From Thermoanaerobaculia bacterium (GTDB lineage: Bacteria; Acidobacteriota; Thermoanaerobaculia; Multivoradales; Multivoraceae), in contig OY761158.1 in the NCBI GenBank assembly GCA_963664405.1, positions 6,688,001 through 6,752,000 of the forward strand: a DNA stretch of 64,000 nt, in the 5' to 3' direction. Position numbers and translations under genes: made by a program. Positions within the stretch are counted from its first letter, which is position 1; every line of letters begins with the position of its first letter. The notes below the pieces were generated by a model, which saw only the letters and a program-made list of their open reading frames with translations, searched no databases and was not told the DNA's origin. Shown here piece by piece: positions 47,159-56,954 of the stretch.

Positions 47159-48904
47159 ATGTCCGGGAGTAGACTCATCTTCGCCGGCGCTAGGGCCATA
47201 GCCCTTTGCGCCCTTCTTTTCTACTCTGCGGCCGCATTCAGTCAAGATCAGAGCGGGCTGGATCCACGCCTTTTCCCGATCCCCGACCAGCTCAAAGCGA
47301 ACATCGCTTTCTGGACCGATGTTTATTCGGTCTACACGAGCGACCAGGCGGTGCTTCACGATGAGCGTCATCTCGGCGTGGTCTACGAAGTTATCGAGCT
47401 CGCCGATCTCGACCAGCCCGGGGTCTCTGAAGGGCGACTAAGGAAGCTACGCCGACGGAGGATCGACGAGACTCGCGACAAGATCGTTGCGGTCTTGAAG
47501 AAGCTCGCGAGAGCGGCGCCCCAGAACGGCGAAGAGGAGCTCATTCACCGCTTCTTCAAAGATACTCCCGGCGGGAGAGAGAAGTTCAGCGTCGCATCGC
47601 GGCGGGTTCGGGCGCAGACCGGCCTCCGTGACCGCTTCGCCGAAGCTGTGGTGATTGCCGGTCGATATATCCCCGAGATCGAGCGTATCTTCACCCGCGA
47701 AGGCCTGCCGCCGGTTCTGAGTCGTCTTCCCTTCGTCGAGTCCATGTTCGTGAGCGTGGCGCACTCGAAGGTGGGAGCGGTCGGTGCGTGGCAGTTCATG
47801 CCGGCGACAGCGCGTATCTACCTGCAGATGAACTCGGCCGTAGACTCCCGGGTCGACACACTGCTCGCGGCGAAGGGCGCCGCGCGCATGCTGCGTCAGG
47901 ATCACGAGAGTCTCGGCACCTGGCCACTCGCGCTCACTGCCTACAATCACGGTAGAGGAGGCATGTCGCGAGCCGTCCGCCAGGTCGGGACACGGGACAT
48001 CGGCGTCATCAGCGAAAAGTATCGCGCGAACCGCTTCGGCTTCGCGTCGCGCAACTTCTACTCGGAGTTCGTTGCGGCGAGTAGGGTCTACGCCAGGCGT
48101 AGCGAGCACTTTCCCAAGGCTGTCGCCGATCCGGAGCTGCGTTTCGACGCGCTCGTCCTACCTCGATTCGTCTCCCTGGTGGACCTCGCTTCGCGGGCCG
48201 GCACTTCGATCAGCGCCCTCGAGGGGCTGAATCCGGCATTGAACTCGGACGTCTTCAGCGGCACTTTGCTGGTGCCGCGCTCTTATCCGCTGCGTCTGCC
48301 GAAGGGGGAGCTCGCCTCTTTTCAGAAGGCCTACGAAGCGATTCCCGCAAATCGTAAGCTCAGCTCCCAGCTGCAGGTGGGGTACAAGGTCAGGTCGGGC
48401 GACACCCTCGGCAAAATCGCTCACCGTTTCGGCTCCATGGTCGGGGCCCTTCAGCGCGCCAACGGCTTGAGTCGCCCCAATCGGATCTATGCCGGACAGT
48501 ATCTTCGGATCCCTGGCCAGAGCTTCGGCTCGTTCGCCGCCTCCGAGCCGGCCGCGGTCGATTCAGCGGTCCGCGTAACCGAAGCGCCCTCGCACCATGT
48601 GGTGAAGAGGGGAGAGACGCTGAGCTCGATTGCGCGTCGCTATGGGCACCCAGTTGGAGATCTGGTTGCAGCCAACGCCCTGGCCTCCGCCAACGAGATC
48701 GTTGTGGGCCAGCGCTTGCGTATCGCGCCGTCCGGTGCGTCCTCGATCTCCTTGGACGCTGGGCCGACCCGTCATACGGTGAGACGCGGAGAGAGTCTCA
48801 CCAGGATCGCGCGCTCGTACGGAACCGATGTGGCGGCCTTGAAGAGCAAGAATGGGCTCGAGTCCACCGTTATTCACCCCGGTCAGGTTCTGCTTCTTCC
48901 GTGA
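47159..48904 (+). CDS. MltD-like lytic transglycosylase with three LysM domains
   Basis: Signal peptide; LPFVES, AVGAWQFMPAT, ALTAYNHG; three repeats of (Y/H)xVxxG(D/E)(T/S)LxxIAxx(F/Y)G. Confidence 0.9.
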   Translation: MSGSRLIFAGARAIALCALLFYSAAAFSQDQSGLDPRLFPIPDQLKANIAFWTDVYSVYTSDQAVLHDERHLGVVYEVIELADLDQPGVSEGRLRKLRRRRIDETRDKIVAVLKKLARAAPQNGEEELIHRFFKDTPGGREKFSVASRRVRAQTGLRDRFAEAVVIAGRYIPEIERIFTREGLPPVLSRLPFVESMFVSVAHSKVGAVGAWQFMPATARIYLQMNSAVDSRVDTLLAAKGAARMLRQDHESLGTWPLALTAYNHGRGGMSRAVRQVGTRDIGVISEKYRANRFGFASRNFYSEFVAASRVYARRSEHFPKAVADPELRFDALVLPRFVSLVDLASRAGTSISALEGLNPALNSDVFSGTLLVPRSYPLRLPKGELASFQKAYEAIPANRKLSSQLQVGYKVRSGDTLGKIAHRFGSMVGALQRANGLSRPNRIYAGQYLRIPGQSFGSFAASEPAAVDSAVRVTEAPSHHVVKRGETLSSIARRYGHPVGDLVAANALASANEIVVGQRLRIAPSGASSISLDAGPTRHTVRRGESLTRIARSYGTDVAALKSKNGLESTVIHPGQVLLLP

Positions 48905-48908
48905 TCTG

Positions 48909-49223
48909 TCAGTGACTCTGCCGACGGACTTTGTAAAAGCCATCTTCCAGACTGGTGAAGAGCTCGGGGATCAGAGGATGGTGAACCGGTCCAGCCTCCA
49001 GGTCCCGTTCCAGATTCCTCTCCGCTACATACGTCGTGTGTCCGCTGCCGTGGGGCAGGACCGAATACCAAGGCTCTTCCTTCGGGGGCCGAGAGCGGGC
49101 GACTTGCTCGTACCACGACTCTGATCCGGAGAACACGGCATCTACATCGAAGACGACGCCTCGATAGCCGAAGAGGCGGTGATGAATGATCTGGCCGATT
49201 GCGAATTTTGCCTGGGCGCTCAC
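48909..49223 (-). CDS. hspQ: Heat shock protein HspQ (YccV-like)
   Basis: KFAIGQIIHHRLFGYRGVVFDVD, PWY, TYVAERNL, HP. Confidence 0.9.
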   Translation of the reverse strand: MSAQAKFAIGQIIHHRLFGYRGVVFDVDAVFSGSESWYEQVARSRPPKEEPWYSVLPHGSGHTTYVAERNLERDLEAGPVHHPLIPELFTSLEDGFYKVRRQSH

Positions 49224-49277
49224 GTGCAGTGTTCCGGGTGCGGACAGTCCGAGCTCGGGCGATGAGGTAGTCTATCG

Positions 49278-49958
49278 TTGATGCGCAGGTGGTTTGCCCC
49301 TCTGGACTCGGGCTCGGCGCTGTTTCTTCTCTTGATCGGCGTGCAAGCGAGTTTCGCGGCTCCGGGGGCAGTGACGACAGAGTTGATTGACCACCACTGC
49401 ATGAGTGAGCTGAATTCGACCGAGCTCACGCTTTTCGCCAACGGTACTCTCCGGCTCCGCGAGCGGATTGACGATCGCAAGACCATGCTCCTGGCAGAGC
49501 TCGAGCCCGAAGAGCTCGAGGTGTTTGTGAGGCGTCTCGGCGAAGTCGATCTATCTGAGGCCGAATCGAGTCGTGGCGGCGTCGGCGGAGAGTGGGTGGA
49601 GCAGTGCGCTCTGACCGTCAACCTGGAGGGGCGCTCCAAGGTCTTCCTGCGCTACAGTCGCTTCGATATCGTCGCGCTCGGCATCAAGCAAGCGGAAGGT
49701 GTGCTCGCTGACTTGGATCAGCTCGGTCGGATCCGTGCCCTCCACGGCACCCTGCCGGCTGACTATGACCCAAAGATCGGCGACTTTCTCAGCCGCGTAG
49801 ACGGAACGATATTCGAGGTTGTCGGCTTTACCTCCGACAATCGTGGGGTCGAGCTCTCGGGCGTCAACCAGCCGGTCACGATCTATGTCTCGCGTGAGGA
49901 GTTTCGCAACGTGTTCGGTGCTCTGGCGGGCGACAACCTCTTTGATCTCGAGAGGTAG
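49278..49958 (+). CDS. Hypothetical secreted protein
   Basis: Hydrophobic N-terminus and globular composition; ends just before rsmD. No family recognised. Confidence 0.6.
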   Translation: MMRRWFAPLDSGSALFLLLIGVQASFAAPGAVTTELIDHHCMSELNSTELTLFANGTLRLRERIDDRKTMLLAELEPEELEVFVRRLGEVDLSEAESSRGGVGGEWVEQCALTVNLEGRSKVFLRYSRFDIVALGIKQAEGVLADLDQLGRIRALHGTLPADYDPKIGDFLSRVDGTIFEVVGFTSDNRGVELSGVNQPVTIYVSREEFRNVFGALAGDNLFDLER

Positions 49959-49961
49959 CCG

Positions 49962-50531
49962 CTGAGAATCGTGGCCGGACAATGGGCGGGGCGCAAGCTC
50001 GATACCCCGGCCGGCATTCGACCGACTACACAGCGAGCCCGCGAGGCGCTGTTTTCGATCTGGCAGTCCCGTGTCCCAGGAGCGCGTTTTCTGGACCTCT
50101 TCTGCGGCAGCGGGGCGGTGGGTCTCGAAGCTCTGAGCCGCGGGGCGGCGAGCGCAGTGCTGGTCGACAGAGATCGAAAGGCTCTGGGTATCGCCATGAA
50201 TAACCAGGCACGCTTGGTGGCCGAAGGCTGCGTTATCAGGCAGATCGACCTTCCGCAAGGACTACCCCGAGATCGAGCGCTCGCCGACTTCGACTTGATC
50301 TTCGCCGATCCTCCCTATGAGTTCGAGGATTGGGAGGAGTTGCTCTCCGCTGCTGAAGCTCACCTGGAGGGTCGGGGGAAGCTCGGGGTAGAGCACGCGT
50401 CGGCAACAGCCCTGCCGCCACAGGTGCGGACGCTGGTGCAGGTGTCGAGCCGCCGCTACGGGGCGACCTCGTTGAGCTTCTACGAGCGTCAGGAGGGGGG
50501 ATCGAGGAGAAACGTGGACTCTTCGAGGTAG
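49962..50531 (+). CDS. rsmD: 16S rRNA m2G966 methyltransferase
   Basis: (M)RIVAGQWAGRKL, IRPT..RAREALF, LDLFCGSGAVGLEALSRGA, IFADPPY. Probable CTG start at 49962; GTG at 49971 is the alternative. Confidence 0.92.
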   Translation: MRIVAGQWAGRKLDTPAGIRPTTQRAREALFSIWQSRVPGARFLDLFCGSGAVGLEALSRGAASAVLVDRDRKALGIAMNNQARLVAEGCVIRQIDLPQGLPRDRALADFDLIFADPPYEFEDWEELLSAAEAHLEGRGKLGVEHASATALPPQVRTLVQVSSRRYGATSLSFYERQEGGSRRNVDSSR

Positions 50532-51121
50532 GTGCGCAGATCGACCTGTTTGAGCCGTAGGCCGCCCTTCTCCTGCAGCGGAACCGGCGCGAAGTTGAGG
50601 ACGGAACGAATCCCGGCCTTGATCAGAGACTCGTAGCAGTCGACGGCGGCGGCAGCCGGAACCGTCAGCACCGCGATCTCGGCACGCGTCTCTTTGACTA
50701 CTGCCTCGAGGTCGCTCATGTCTCGAACATCAACTCCGCCTCGACGCCTATCGATCTTTGAAGGATCGCAGTCGACTCCCGCAACCACCTCGAAGCTGTC
50801 GTCGTTGAAACCGATGTAGCCCGCCAAGGCCGTGCCCAGGTTCCCCATCCCGACGATGATGATCGGATGCTTGCGGTCGAGGCCGAGGAGCTGATGCAGG
50901 CGGTTCGCGAGAGGGTCGATCTGGTAGCCAACTCCTCTGATCCCGAAGTCACCGAATTGTGCAAGGTCTTTCCGAATCTGGGTTGAAGAGAGGTGGAACC
51001 TCGTTGCCAGCCCCTGGGACGAGATCGTGTCCAGCTGCTCTCTTTGTAACTCGCGGAGACAGCGAAGATAGACGGAGAGTCGATTCAGAGTAGCCGTCGA
51101 GGTGTTGTGGGACTCCGACAT
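50489..51121 (-). CDS. rex: Redox-sensing transcriptional repressor Rex
   Basis: TLNRLSVYLR, ISSQGLA, QIRKDLAQFGDFGIRGVGY, VGMGNLG, VLNFAP. Confidence 0.95.
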   Translation of the reverse strand: MSESHNTSTATLNRLSVYLRCLRELQREQLDTISSQGLATRFHLSSTQIRKDLAQFGDFGIRGVGYQIDPLANRLHQLLGLDRKHPIIIVGMGNLGTALAGYIGFNDDSFEVVAGVDCDPSKIDRRRGGVDVRDMSDLEAVVKETRAEIAVLTVPAAAAVDCYESLIKAGIRSVLNFAPVPLQEKGGLRLKQVDLRTYLEESTFLLDPPS

Positions 51122-51163
51122 CGAGTTGGAAAAAATAGACCCGGGTGCTCGACAGGAAGGTGA

Positions 51164-51254
<91 letters not shown>

Positions 51255-51354
51255 GCAAGAGATTGTAGAGAGACTCGTCGTCGAGTGCAAACTGAAATCC
51301 GCCGTGGACTGACAATCGGAGCTGTTGGGGGAGTCGACTGCTAGACTCTCGGGC

Positions 51355-51954
51355 ATGTCGCAAGGCCGAATTCTCGCCCTCCCTTGGCTGTGCATCTTAG
51401 GGCTGGCCACGTCGATTATCGGCGCCTGCGCGCCTTCGGAAGAGAGGGTAGAAGAGGACGAAAACTCGATCCAACAAACCCTCGACGAGTACCTCCCGCG
51501 CTTGGCGGAAGCCTACTCTCTGGGAGACCTGGAGGCGTTGAAGGTCTACGCCGCCGAGTATCCGATCTTCGACTCAGCAATGCTCGATCTTCTCGCGCGG
51601 CATGGCGGCGCCGAAGCCAACACGCTCCGCGAACGCCTGGACGGCGTGCTCACCGGATACGCTGCAGAGAAAGAGATCGCGGTGATGGAGAAGAGGATCG
51701 AGGATCTTCTCACCGAGAGCCGAGTGATCCGACCTACGCCCCTGAGTGTGCAGTTGGAAGACGTGCGCATCTTCAACTACGCCAATGCCTTTGTTACCAG
51801 TCTCGAGACCTGGGACCTGCGGGTTTACGCCGCGGGAACCGACAAGGTGTTGTCCGAGGCTCTGGGCCAACGAAACCGGGTCAAGTACCAGATGAAGAGA
51901 CGCGATGATGGCTGGGTGATTCTGTACCGAGTCTTGGAAACTACCTTCGAATAG
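51355..51954 (+). CDS. Hypothetical lipoprotein
   Basis: Lipobox-like IIGAC; C-terminal beta strands (VKYQMKRRDDGWVI) resembling an NTF2-like fold; directly upstream of der. Confidence 0.6.
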   Translation: MSQGRILALPWLCILGLATSIIGACAPSEERVEEDENSIQQTLDEYLPRLAEAYSLGDLEALKVYAAEYPIFDSAMLDLLARHGGAEANTLRERLDGVLTGYAAEKEIAVMEKRIEDLLTESRVIRPTPLSVQLEDVRIFNYANAFVTSLETWDLRVYAAGTDKVLSEALGQRNRVKYQMKRRDDGWVILYRVLETTFE

Positions 51955-51961
51955 CTCCGGC

Positions 51962-53308
51962 GTGGCTACCGCGTCCTCTCCTCACGCCGCCGGAGGCTCA
52001 CCTGCGATAGTCGCTATCGTCGGGCGCCCGAACGTGGGCAAGTCCACACTCTTCAACTGTCTCGTGGGGCGGCGACGAGCGATCGTTCACGACCTGCCAG
52101 GCGTGACCCGAGATCGCATTGTCGAAACCGCCGATCTAGGAGAGGGCTCCTCGGTTGACCTGATTGATACGGGCGGGCTTCTGCCGGAGAGAGAGGACGC
52201 TCTCGGGTTGAACGAACAGGTGCTTCTGGCCGTCGAGGAAAGCGATGTATTGATCTTCGTCGTGGACGGCAAGGAGGGGCCCCTTCCCGGGGACAGTGAG
52301 GTTTTAGAGACCCTGCGCCGCTACGGAAAGTCGATCGTGCTTGTGGTCAACAAGGCGGACACCAAGGCGGCAGAGGTGAGTGTGAACCAGTTCCATAGCT
52401 TCGGTCTCGAGCCGATTCTCGTATCCGCCGAACATCGCCTCGGCCTCGAGACGCTGGTCGACCGTGTTCGCGAGTTGTTGCCGGAGAGCCCGCCCTCGAT
52501 GGGAGAGCTCGAGGGACCGGCCGTGGCGATCGTGGGTCGCCCGAATGTCGGGAAGTCCAGCTTGCTCAATCGCCTGGTGGGAGGGGAGCGCGCTCTGGTC
52601 TCGGAGGTCGCTGGCACCACTCGAGATCCGGTGGATAGCGTAGTCGAATGGGATGAGCGCTCCTATGTCTTGATTGACACCGCGGGCATTCGTCGCCGCA
52701 GTCAGGTTTCCGGCGCCGCTGAGGGTTTGGCGGTAATGATGGCCCGGCGCCAGATCCAAAGAGCGCAGGTGGTCGTTCTGGTCGTTGACGCAAGTCAGGG
52801 CGTTACCGCCGGTGACCTTGCCATTGCCGGGGTCGCTTGGGAAGAGGGTAGGGGAGTTGTCGTGGTCATGAACAAATGGGATCTCTTGTCGCCGTTGACT
52901 CGTGAGCATCTCGAGGAGGGCTGGGAGCGCCTCTCCGAGCTTCTGGCGGCACCGGCGCGGGTCAACATCTCGGCACTCAGTGGTCGTGGGGTCGGAAGAA
53001 TCTTCCCCAAGGTCGTGCAGGTGCTTGACGATCTCGATTCGCAGGTCGAGACCTCGCGCCTCAACACGATTCTCCAGCGGGCAGTCGCGAGCCATCACAT
53101 TCCGACCGGCGGAGGCAAGGCGTGGAAGGTCTTCTACGCATCGCAGGTCGCGGCTGCGCCGCCAACCTTCATGCTTTTCGCGAATCGGACTCTTCCTCAG
53201 AAGAGTAGTTACCGTCGATATCTCGAGAACACTCTGCGTCGGGAGTTGGGTCTGCCGGGGATCCCCATTAGACTGGTCATTCGCCCCCGTGACCAGAAGA
53301 AACGATAG
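51962..53308 (+). CDS. der: Ribosome biogenesis GTPase Der (EngA)
   Basis: Two G domains (GRPNVGKS x2, DTGG/DTAG, NKAD/NKWD) and a KH-like end YRRYLENTLR..GIPIRL. Confidence 0.97.
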   Translation: MATASSPHAAGGSPAIVAIVGRPNVGKSTLFNCLVGRRRAIVHDLPGVTRDRIVETADLGEGSSVDLIDTGGLLPEREDALGLNEQVLLAVEESDVLIFVVDGKEGPLPGDSEVLETLRRYGKSIVLVVNKADTKAAEVSVNQFHSFGLEPILVSAEHRLGLETLVDRVRELLPESPPSMGELEGPAVAIVGRPNVGKSSLLNRLVGGERALVSEVAGTTRDPVDSVVEWDERSYVLIDTAGIRRRSQVSGAAEGLAVMMARRQIQRAQVVVLVVDASQGVTAGDLAIAGVAWEEGRGVVVVMNKWDLLSPLTREHLEEGWERLSELLAAPARVNISALSGRGVGRIFPKVVQVLDDLDSQVETSRLNTILQRAVASHHIPTGGGKAWKVFYASQVAAAPPTFMLFANRTLPQKSSYRRYLENTLRRELGLPGIPIRLVIRPRDQKKR

Positions 53309-53450
53309 CGCTCTTCGAAGACCGTGCCGACTCCGCCGGCGCTTGAAATCAGAGGCGTTCGCGGCCTATACTAAACCTGCATTTCTCTTATGTTTTTTGG
53401 CTTCTCTTGTGATCTCTGATTTTGACGAGCTTCCATGAAGGGATAGTGAG

Positions 53451-53768
53451 ATGACCAAGAGGAAACCTGGAACCACCAAGGCAGATCTTGTCGACGAAGT
53501 TTACAATCGGCATGGCGGTCTGACCAAGAGCGAAGCGGCCCACGTGGTCGAATCGATCTTCGACACGATGAAGACAACTCTTCTCGAAGGTCGCGCGGTT
53601 CGGATCAAGAATTTCGGCATCTTCGAGATTGCTTCAAGAGCGGGTCGAAGAGGCGTGAACCCCGCCAATGGTGAGAAAATCTTCATCGAGCCGCACAAGG
53701 GGCTGAATTTTCGCCCGGCACGCCAGCTCAAGGACACAGTGTCTCCGATCGGTCGCAAAGACGACTGA
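53451..53768 (+). CDS. IHF/HU-family DNA-binding protein
   Basis: TKADLVDEV, VRIKNFGIF, GVNPANGEKI, FRPARQLK; ihfA-like position before merR and tRNA-Pro. Confidence 0.92.
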   Translation: MTKRKPGTTKADLVDEVYNRHGGLTKSEAAHVVESIFDTMKTTLLEGRAVRIKNFGIFEIASRAGRRGVNPANGEKIFIEPHKGLNFRPARQLKDTVSPIGRKDD

Positions 53769-53785
53769 GGGGCGCTGGTTGAGCT

Positions 53786-54496
53786 CTGGCCACTAGGGGT
53801 CACACCGTTTCCAAGAAGCTTCACTTCAAGATCGGCGAAGCCTGCCGCGCCGTCGATATCCAGCCCTACGTACTACGCTACTGGGAAACCGAGTTCCAGG
53901 CTCTGAGTCCCGGCAAAAGCAAGTCGGGGCAGCGCGTCTATACCGAGCGCGAGCTCAATATTGTTCGGCGCATCAAGGCGCTGCTCTACGAGGAGGGCTA
54001 CACGATCGCCGGGGCCAAGAAGCGGCTCGGTGCGGAGCTCGAGAGTGGGGCGGTCGGGGTCGAAAGTGCTGCTCCAGGCGCCGATGAGGATCCGTCGACC
54101 GAGACTGAGGATGCACAGAGCTCGGGAGCTAGCGAGACAGCGGAGGAGACTGAGCCGGGAGAGGGTGGCGCGGAGCCTGAGCCTGGCACGGAGCCGGATT
54201 CTGACCTCGAGTCCGAGCCTGAAGCGGAGACTGAGGCCGACGCGAGCGAGCTGGTTGATCAGGCTTCGGTTGCCCTCCTAGCCGGCGCCGAGGCCGAGCG
54301 TGATGGGGTGCCCACCAAGACCGAGAGCGCGGTGGAAGCGTCTAGACCCACAGAGTCCGAGGTCGAGTCACCGGCTGCGGTTGACACGGAGTTGTCGCAG
54401 CGTATAGAAACCCTCAAGCGCGGCCTCGGGGATGTCCTCGAAGAAGTGCAAGGAATCCTGGCTCTCCTCCACGGCGACGATGCCGACAAGAAGTAG
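53786..54496 (+). CDS. MerR-family transcriptional regulator with long acidic tail (missed by ORF track; no canonical start)
   Basis: Manual translation gives KKLHFKIGEACRAVDIQPYVLRYWETEFQALSPGKSKSGQRVYTERELNIVRRIKALLYEEGYTIAGAKKRL, open to TAG 54496. Confidence 0.88.
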   Translation: MATRGHTVSKKLHFKIGEACRAVDIQPYVLRYWETEFQALSPGKSKSGQRVYTERELNIVRRIKALLYEEGYTIAGAKKRLGAELESGAVGVESAAPGADEDPSTETEDAQSSGASETAEETEPGEGGAEPEPGTEPDSDLESEPEAETEADASELVDQASVALLAGAEAERDGVPTKTESAVEASRPTESEVESPAAVDTELSQRIETLKRGLGDVLEEVQGILALLHGDDADKK

Positions 54497-54521
54497 GGCC
54501 TCTCAAGTTTTCAAGAACGGT

Positions 54522-54598
54522 CGGGACGTGGCGCAGTCTGGTAGCGTACCTGAATGGGGTTCAGGGGGTCGCGAGTTCGAATCTCGCCGTCCCGACCA
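54522..54598 (+). tRNA. tRNA-Pro(GGG)
   Basis: CGGGACGTGGCGCAGTCTGGTAGCGTA-CCTGA AT GGG GT TCAGG-GGGTCGCGAGTTCGAATCTCGCCGTCCCG-ACCA; 77 nt. Confidence 0.97.
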
Positions 54599-54661
54599 AT
54601 TTCCTTTCCTGGGCTCAGTGGGTAGCCGCGAGGGCGAGCCGCACTCACGAAGAGATGCCGA

Positions 54662-55186
54662 ATGCGTCTCGCGCTCCTAGCAGCCGCCCTTATCCTGGTC
54701 ATCGGCGGCGCGCTCGCGCTCTCCCTAGGTTCTCGAAAGAGGAGTCCTGGGGCCTCGGATGGCCCCGAGACGCAGACCGAGGGGGGATCCTCTGCGAAGG
54801 CCTTCTCCGATTAACGGATGCAAGCTTGGTACGAGAGCTTCTCGTCCATTTCCGCTCAAATTGGCCCTCTGACGATGGCGGCAGGGACTCCACAGCAAGG
54901 CGAGAGGCTCCTCGGCCTGGTCCGCGAGGCACGGGCGGAGCTTCCAGGGGCGGTAGACAAGGACATAGAGTCCATGGCTACGAATATTCTCGAGGTCGCC
55001 GAAGAGGTGGCTCGTGAGTGCGTCTTGTTGCCGCCTAGCGAAGAGTCGGTTCAGGCGAGGGATAGGGAGCGAATCTCGGTGCATCGCATGGCTTTACCGA
55101 CCTTCGTGGAGGCACTGGAGGAGAAGATGGCGGATCGATACGGTGCGGAGGCGAGGCTCAGTCCGCATTGGCAGCTGGCGCCGTAG
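54662..55186 (+). pseudogene. Hypothetical membrane/secreted protein split by in-frame TAA (or two small genes)
   Basis: 50-aa ORF MRLALLAAALILVIGGALALSLG.. (54662-54814), then CGG and a same-frame 122-aa ORF (54818-55186). Confidence 0.45.
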
Positions 55187-55349
55187 GGACCGTAACACTC
55201 GAACGTTTAGTGGCTGAGTGAGTCATTCGGGGTCGAGATCAAGGCGCGCTGACGCAGGCATAGCGGGGACTATGTCGAGGAAGCGTAACGCAGAGATCGG
55301 CCGCGAGGGCCGCTCAGGCGCTAAACGTTTGGGTGTTACGGTCCACTAG
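55183..55349. mobile_element. Hairpin/MITE-like element E2 (159 bp between GTAG and CTAG)
   Basis: Left arm GGACCGTAACACTCGAACGTTTAG pairs with right arm CTAAACGTTTGGGTGTTACGGTCC; central core shared with E1 and E3. Confidence 0.85.
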
Positions 55350-56346
55350 TCCCGAGGGAAGCGCAGAGGACGGCCTTGACGCTGTGCAGACGGTTTTCTG
55401 CTTGGTCCCACACGATCGAGTTGGAGGACTCGAAAACGTCGTCCGTGACCTCGACCCCTTCGAGTCCGAACTCCTCGGCGATCTTGCGGCCGACTGTGGT
55501 TTGGCGATCGTGGTAGGCGGGCAAGCAGTGCATGAACTTCACCGAGTCGTTGCCGGTCAGTTCCAGAGCTCTCCGATCCACCCGGTAGGGCCGGAGGATA
55601 GCCACTCTCTCGGCCCAGATGCTCTCGTCTTCTCCCATCGAGACCCAGATATCGGTGTAGAGGAAGTCGACTCCTTTCACTCCTTCCTCGACCGATTCGG
55701 TGATCTGTATTCGGCCGCCGGTGCGAGAAGCGATCGCTTCGCAGCGCTCGATGTGAGTCGGCGATGGCCATAGGGGCCTGGGAGCAGCGATGCGTGCGTC
55801 CATGCCGAGCTTAGCGGCTCCCATCAGCAGCGATCTGGCCATGTTGAAGCGAGCGTCACCGAGATAGCAGAACGATGCCGTGCCCAGGGGTCCGTCGTGA
55901 TGCTCACGCATGGTGAGTGCGTCGGCGAGGAATTGCGTCGGGTGGTACTCCTCGGTCAATGCGTTGAAAACAGGGACTCCGGCATAGCTCGCCAACTCCT
56001 CGACCTTCTCCTGACCAAAACCTCGATAGGCGATCGCGTGGTACATGCGTCCGAGGACCCGGGCGGTATCGCGAATGCTCTCTTTGTGCCCGATGTGCGA
56101 CCCGTGGGGGTCCAGTACGCTGACTCGAGCCCCTTGATCGAAGGCGGCGACCTCGAAGGCTGCCCGCGTCCGGGTCGAAGTCTTCTCGAAGAGCAGCACG
56201 ATGTTCTGCCCTTGGAGGCTTGGCGTTTCTTCACCGCGGCTTCGAGCTGCTTTCAAATCAGCCGCGAGCGCGAGGAGGTAGTCGATCTCCTCGGGCTCGA
56301 AATCCTCGAGTTTGAGAAAGTGGCGGGCGTGCAGATCGATTGCCAT
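55336..56346 (-). CDS. argF: Ornithine carbamoyltransferase
   Basis: [37 protein letters not shown]; ATG at 56346. Confidence 0.95.
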   Translation of the reverse strand: MAIDLHARHFLKLEDFEPEEIDYLLALAADLKAARSRGEETPSLQGQNIVLLFEKTSTRTRAAFEVAAFDQGARVSVLDPHGSHIGHKESIRDTARVLGRMYHAIAYRGFGQEKVEELASYAGVPVFNALTEEYHPTQFLADALTMREHHDGPLGTASFCYLGDARFNMARSLLMGAAKLGMDARIAAPRPLWPSPTHIERCEAIASRTGGRIQITESVEEGVKGVDFLYTDIWVSMGEDESIWAERVAILRPYRVDRRALELTGNDSVKFMHCLPAYHDRQTTVGRKIAEEFGLEGVEVTDDVFESSNSIVWDQAENRLHSVKAVLCASLGTSGP

Positions 56347-56467
56347 GGCGAGTTTCGGCGCGGGAGGAGAGGAGGTCGATAGCCGGTGATTGTAGTAAAG
56401 TCGTAGACCGCCGACCCGAATGATAACGGGTTCCGGCCCGCTTCCAGAAACTCCAGGACAGGTGACG

Positions 56468-56947
56468 ATGACCGGCTCGACTCCGCAGACGAGGGGAAAG
56501 TACGACGGCCAAGGCCTGAGCGTTGCCATCGTTGCAGCGTTGTTCAATCAGCGCATCGTTTCCCAGCTCCTAGAGGGCGCCCTCGACTGCCTGCGGGCGA
56601 ACGGCGTTGACCCGGGGGATACCCATGTCGTTCGCGTTCCCGGCGCCTGGGAGATCCCTCAGGGGCTCGAGGAGGTGGCTGCGCTGGGCAAGGTAGATGC
56701 ACTGATCGCGCTGGGAGCCGTTATTCGTGGTGAGACCGCTCACTTCGACTTCATCTGTGCGGAGTGCGCCCGAGGCGTCGGCCGCGTAGCCAGCAAATAC
56801 CGCCTACCGGTCGCATTCGGTGTCCTCACCTGCGAGACTTCCCAGCAGGCGGAGGAGCGAGCCGGGGGAAAGATGGGAAATAAGGGCAGCGAAGCCGCGC
56901 TGTCGGCCCTGGAGATGGCAAGCTTGCTTCAACAGCTCCGCTCGTAA
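56468..56947 (+). CDS. ribH: 6,7-dimethyl-8-ribityllumazine synthase
   Basis: [39 protein letters not shown]. Confidence 0.96.
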   Translation: MTGSTPQTRGKYDGQGLSVAIVAALFNQRIVSQLLEGALDCLRANGVDPGDTHVVRVPGAWEIPQGLEEVAALGKVDALIALGAVIRGETAHFDFICAECARGVGRVASKYRLPVAFGVLTCETSQQAEERAGGKMGNKGSEAALSALEMASLLQQLRS

Positions 56948-56954
56948 GCCGATC

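Noticed and set aside
54522-55349. Integrated island or prophage at tRNA-Pro (or at tRNA-Leu)
   Set aside because: No integrase and no duplicated tRNA 3' end seen; core genes resume within 1 kb.
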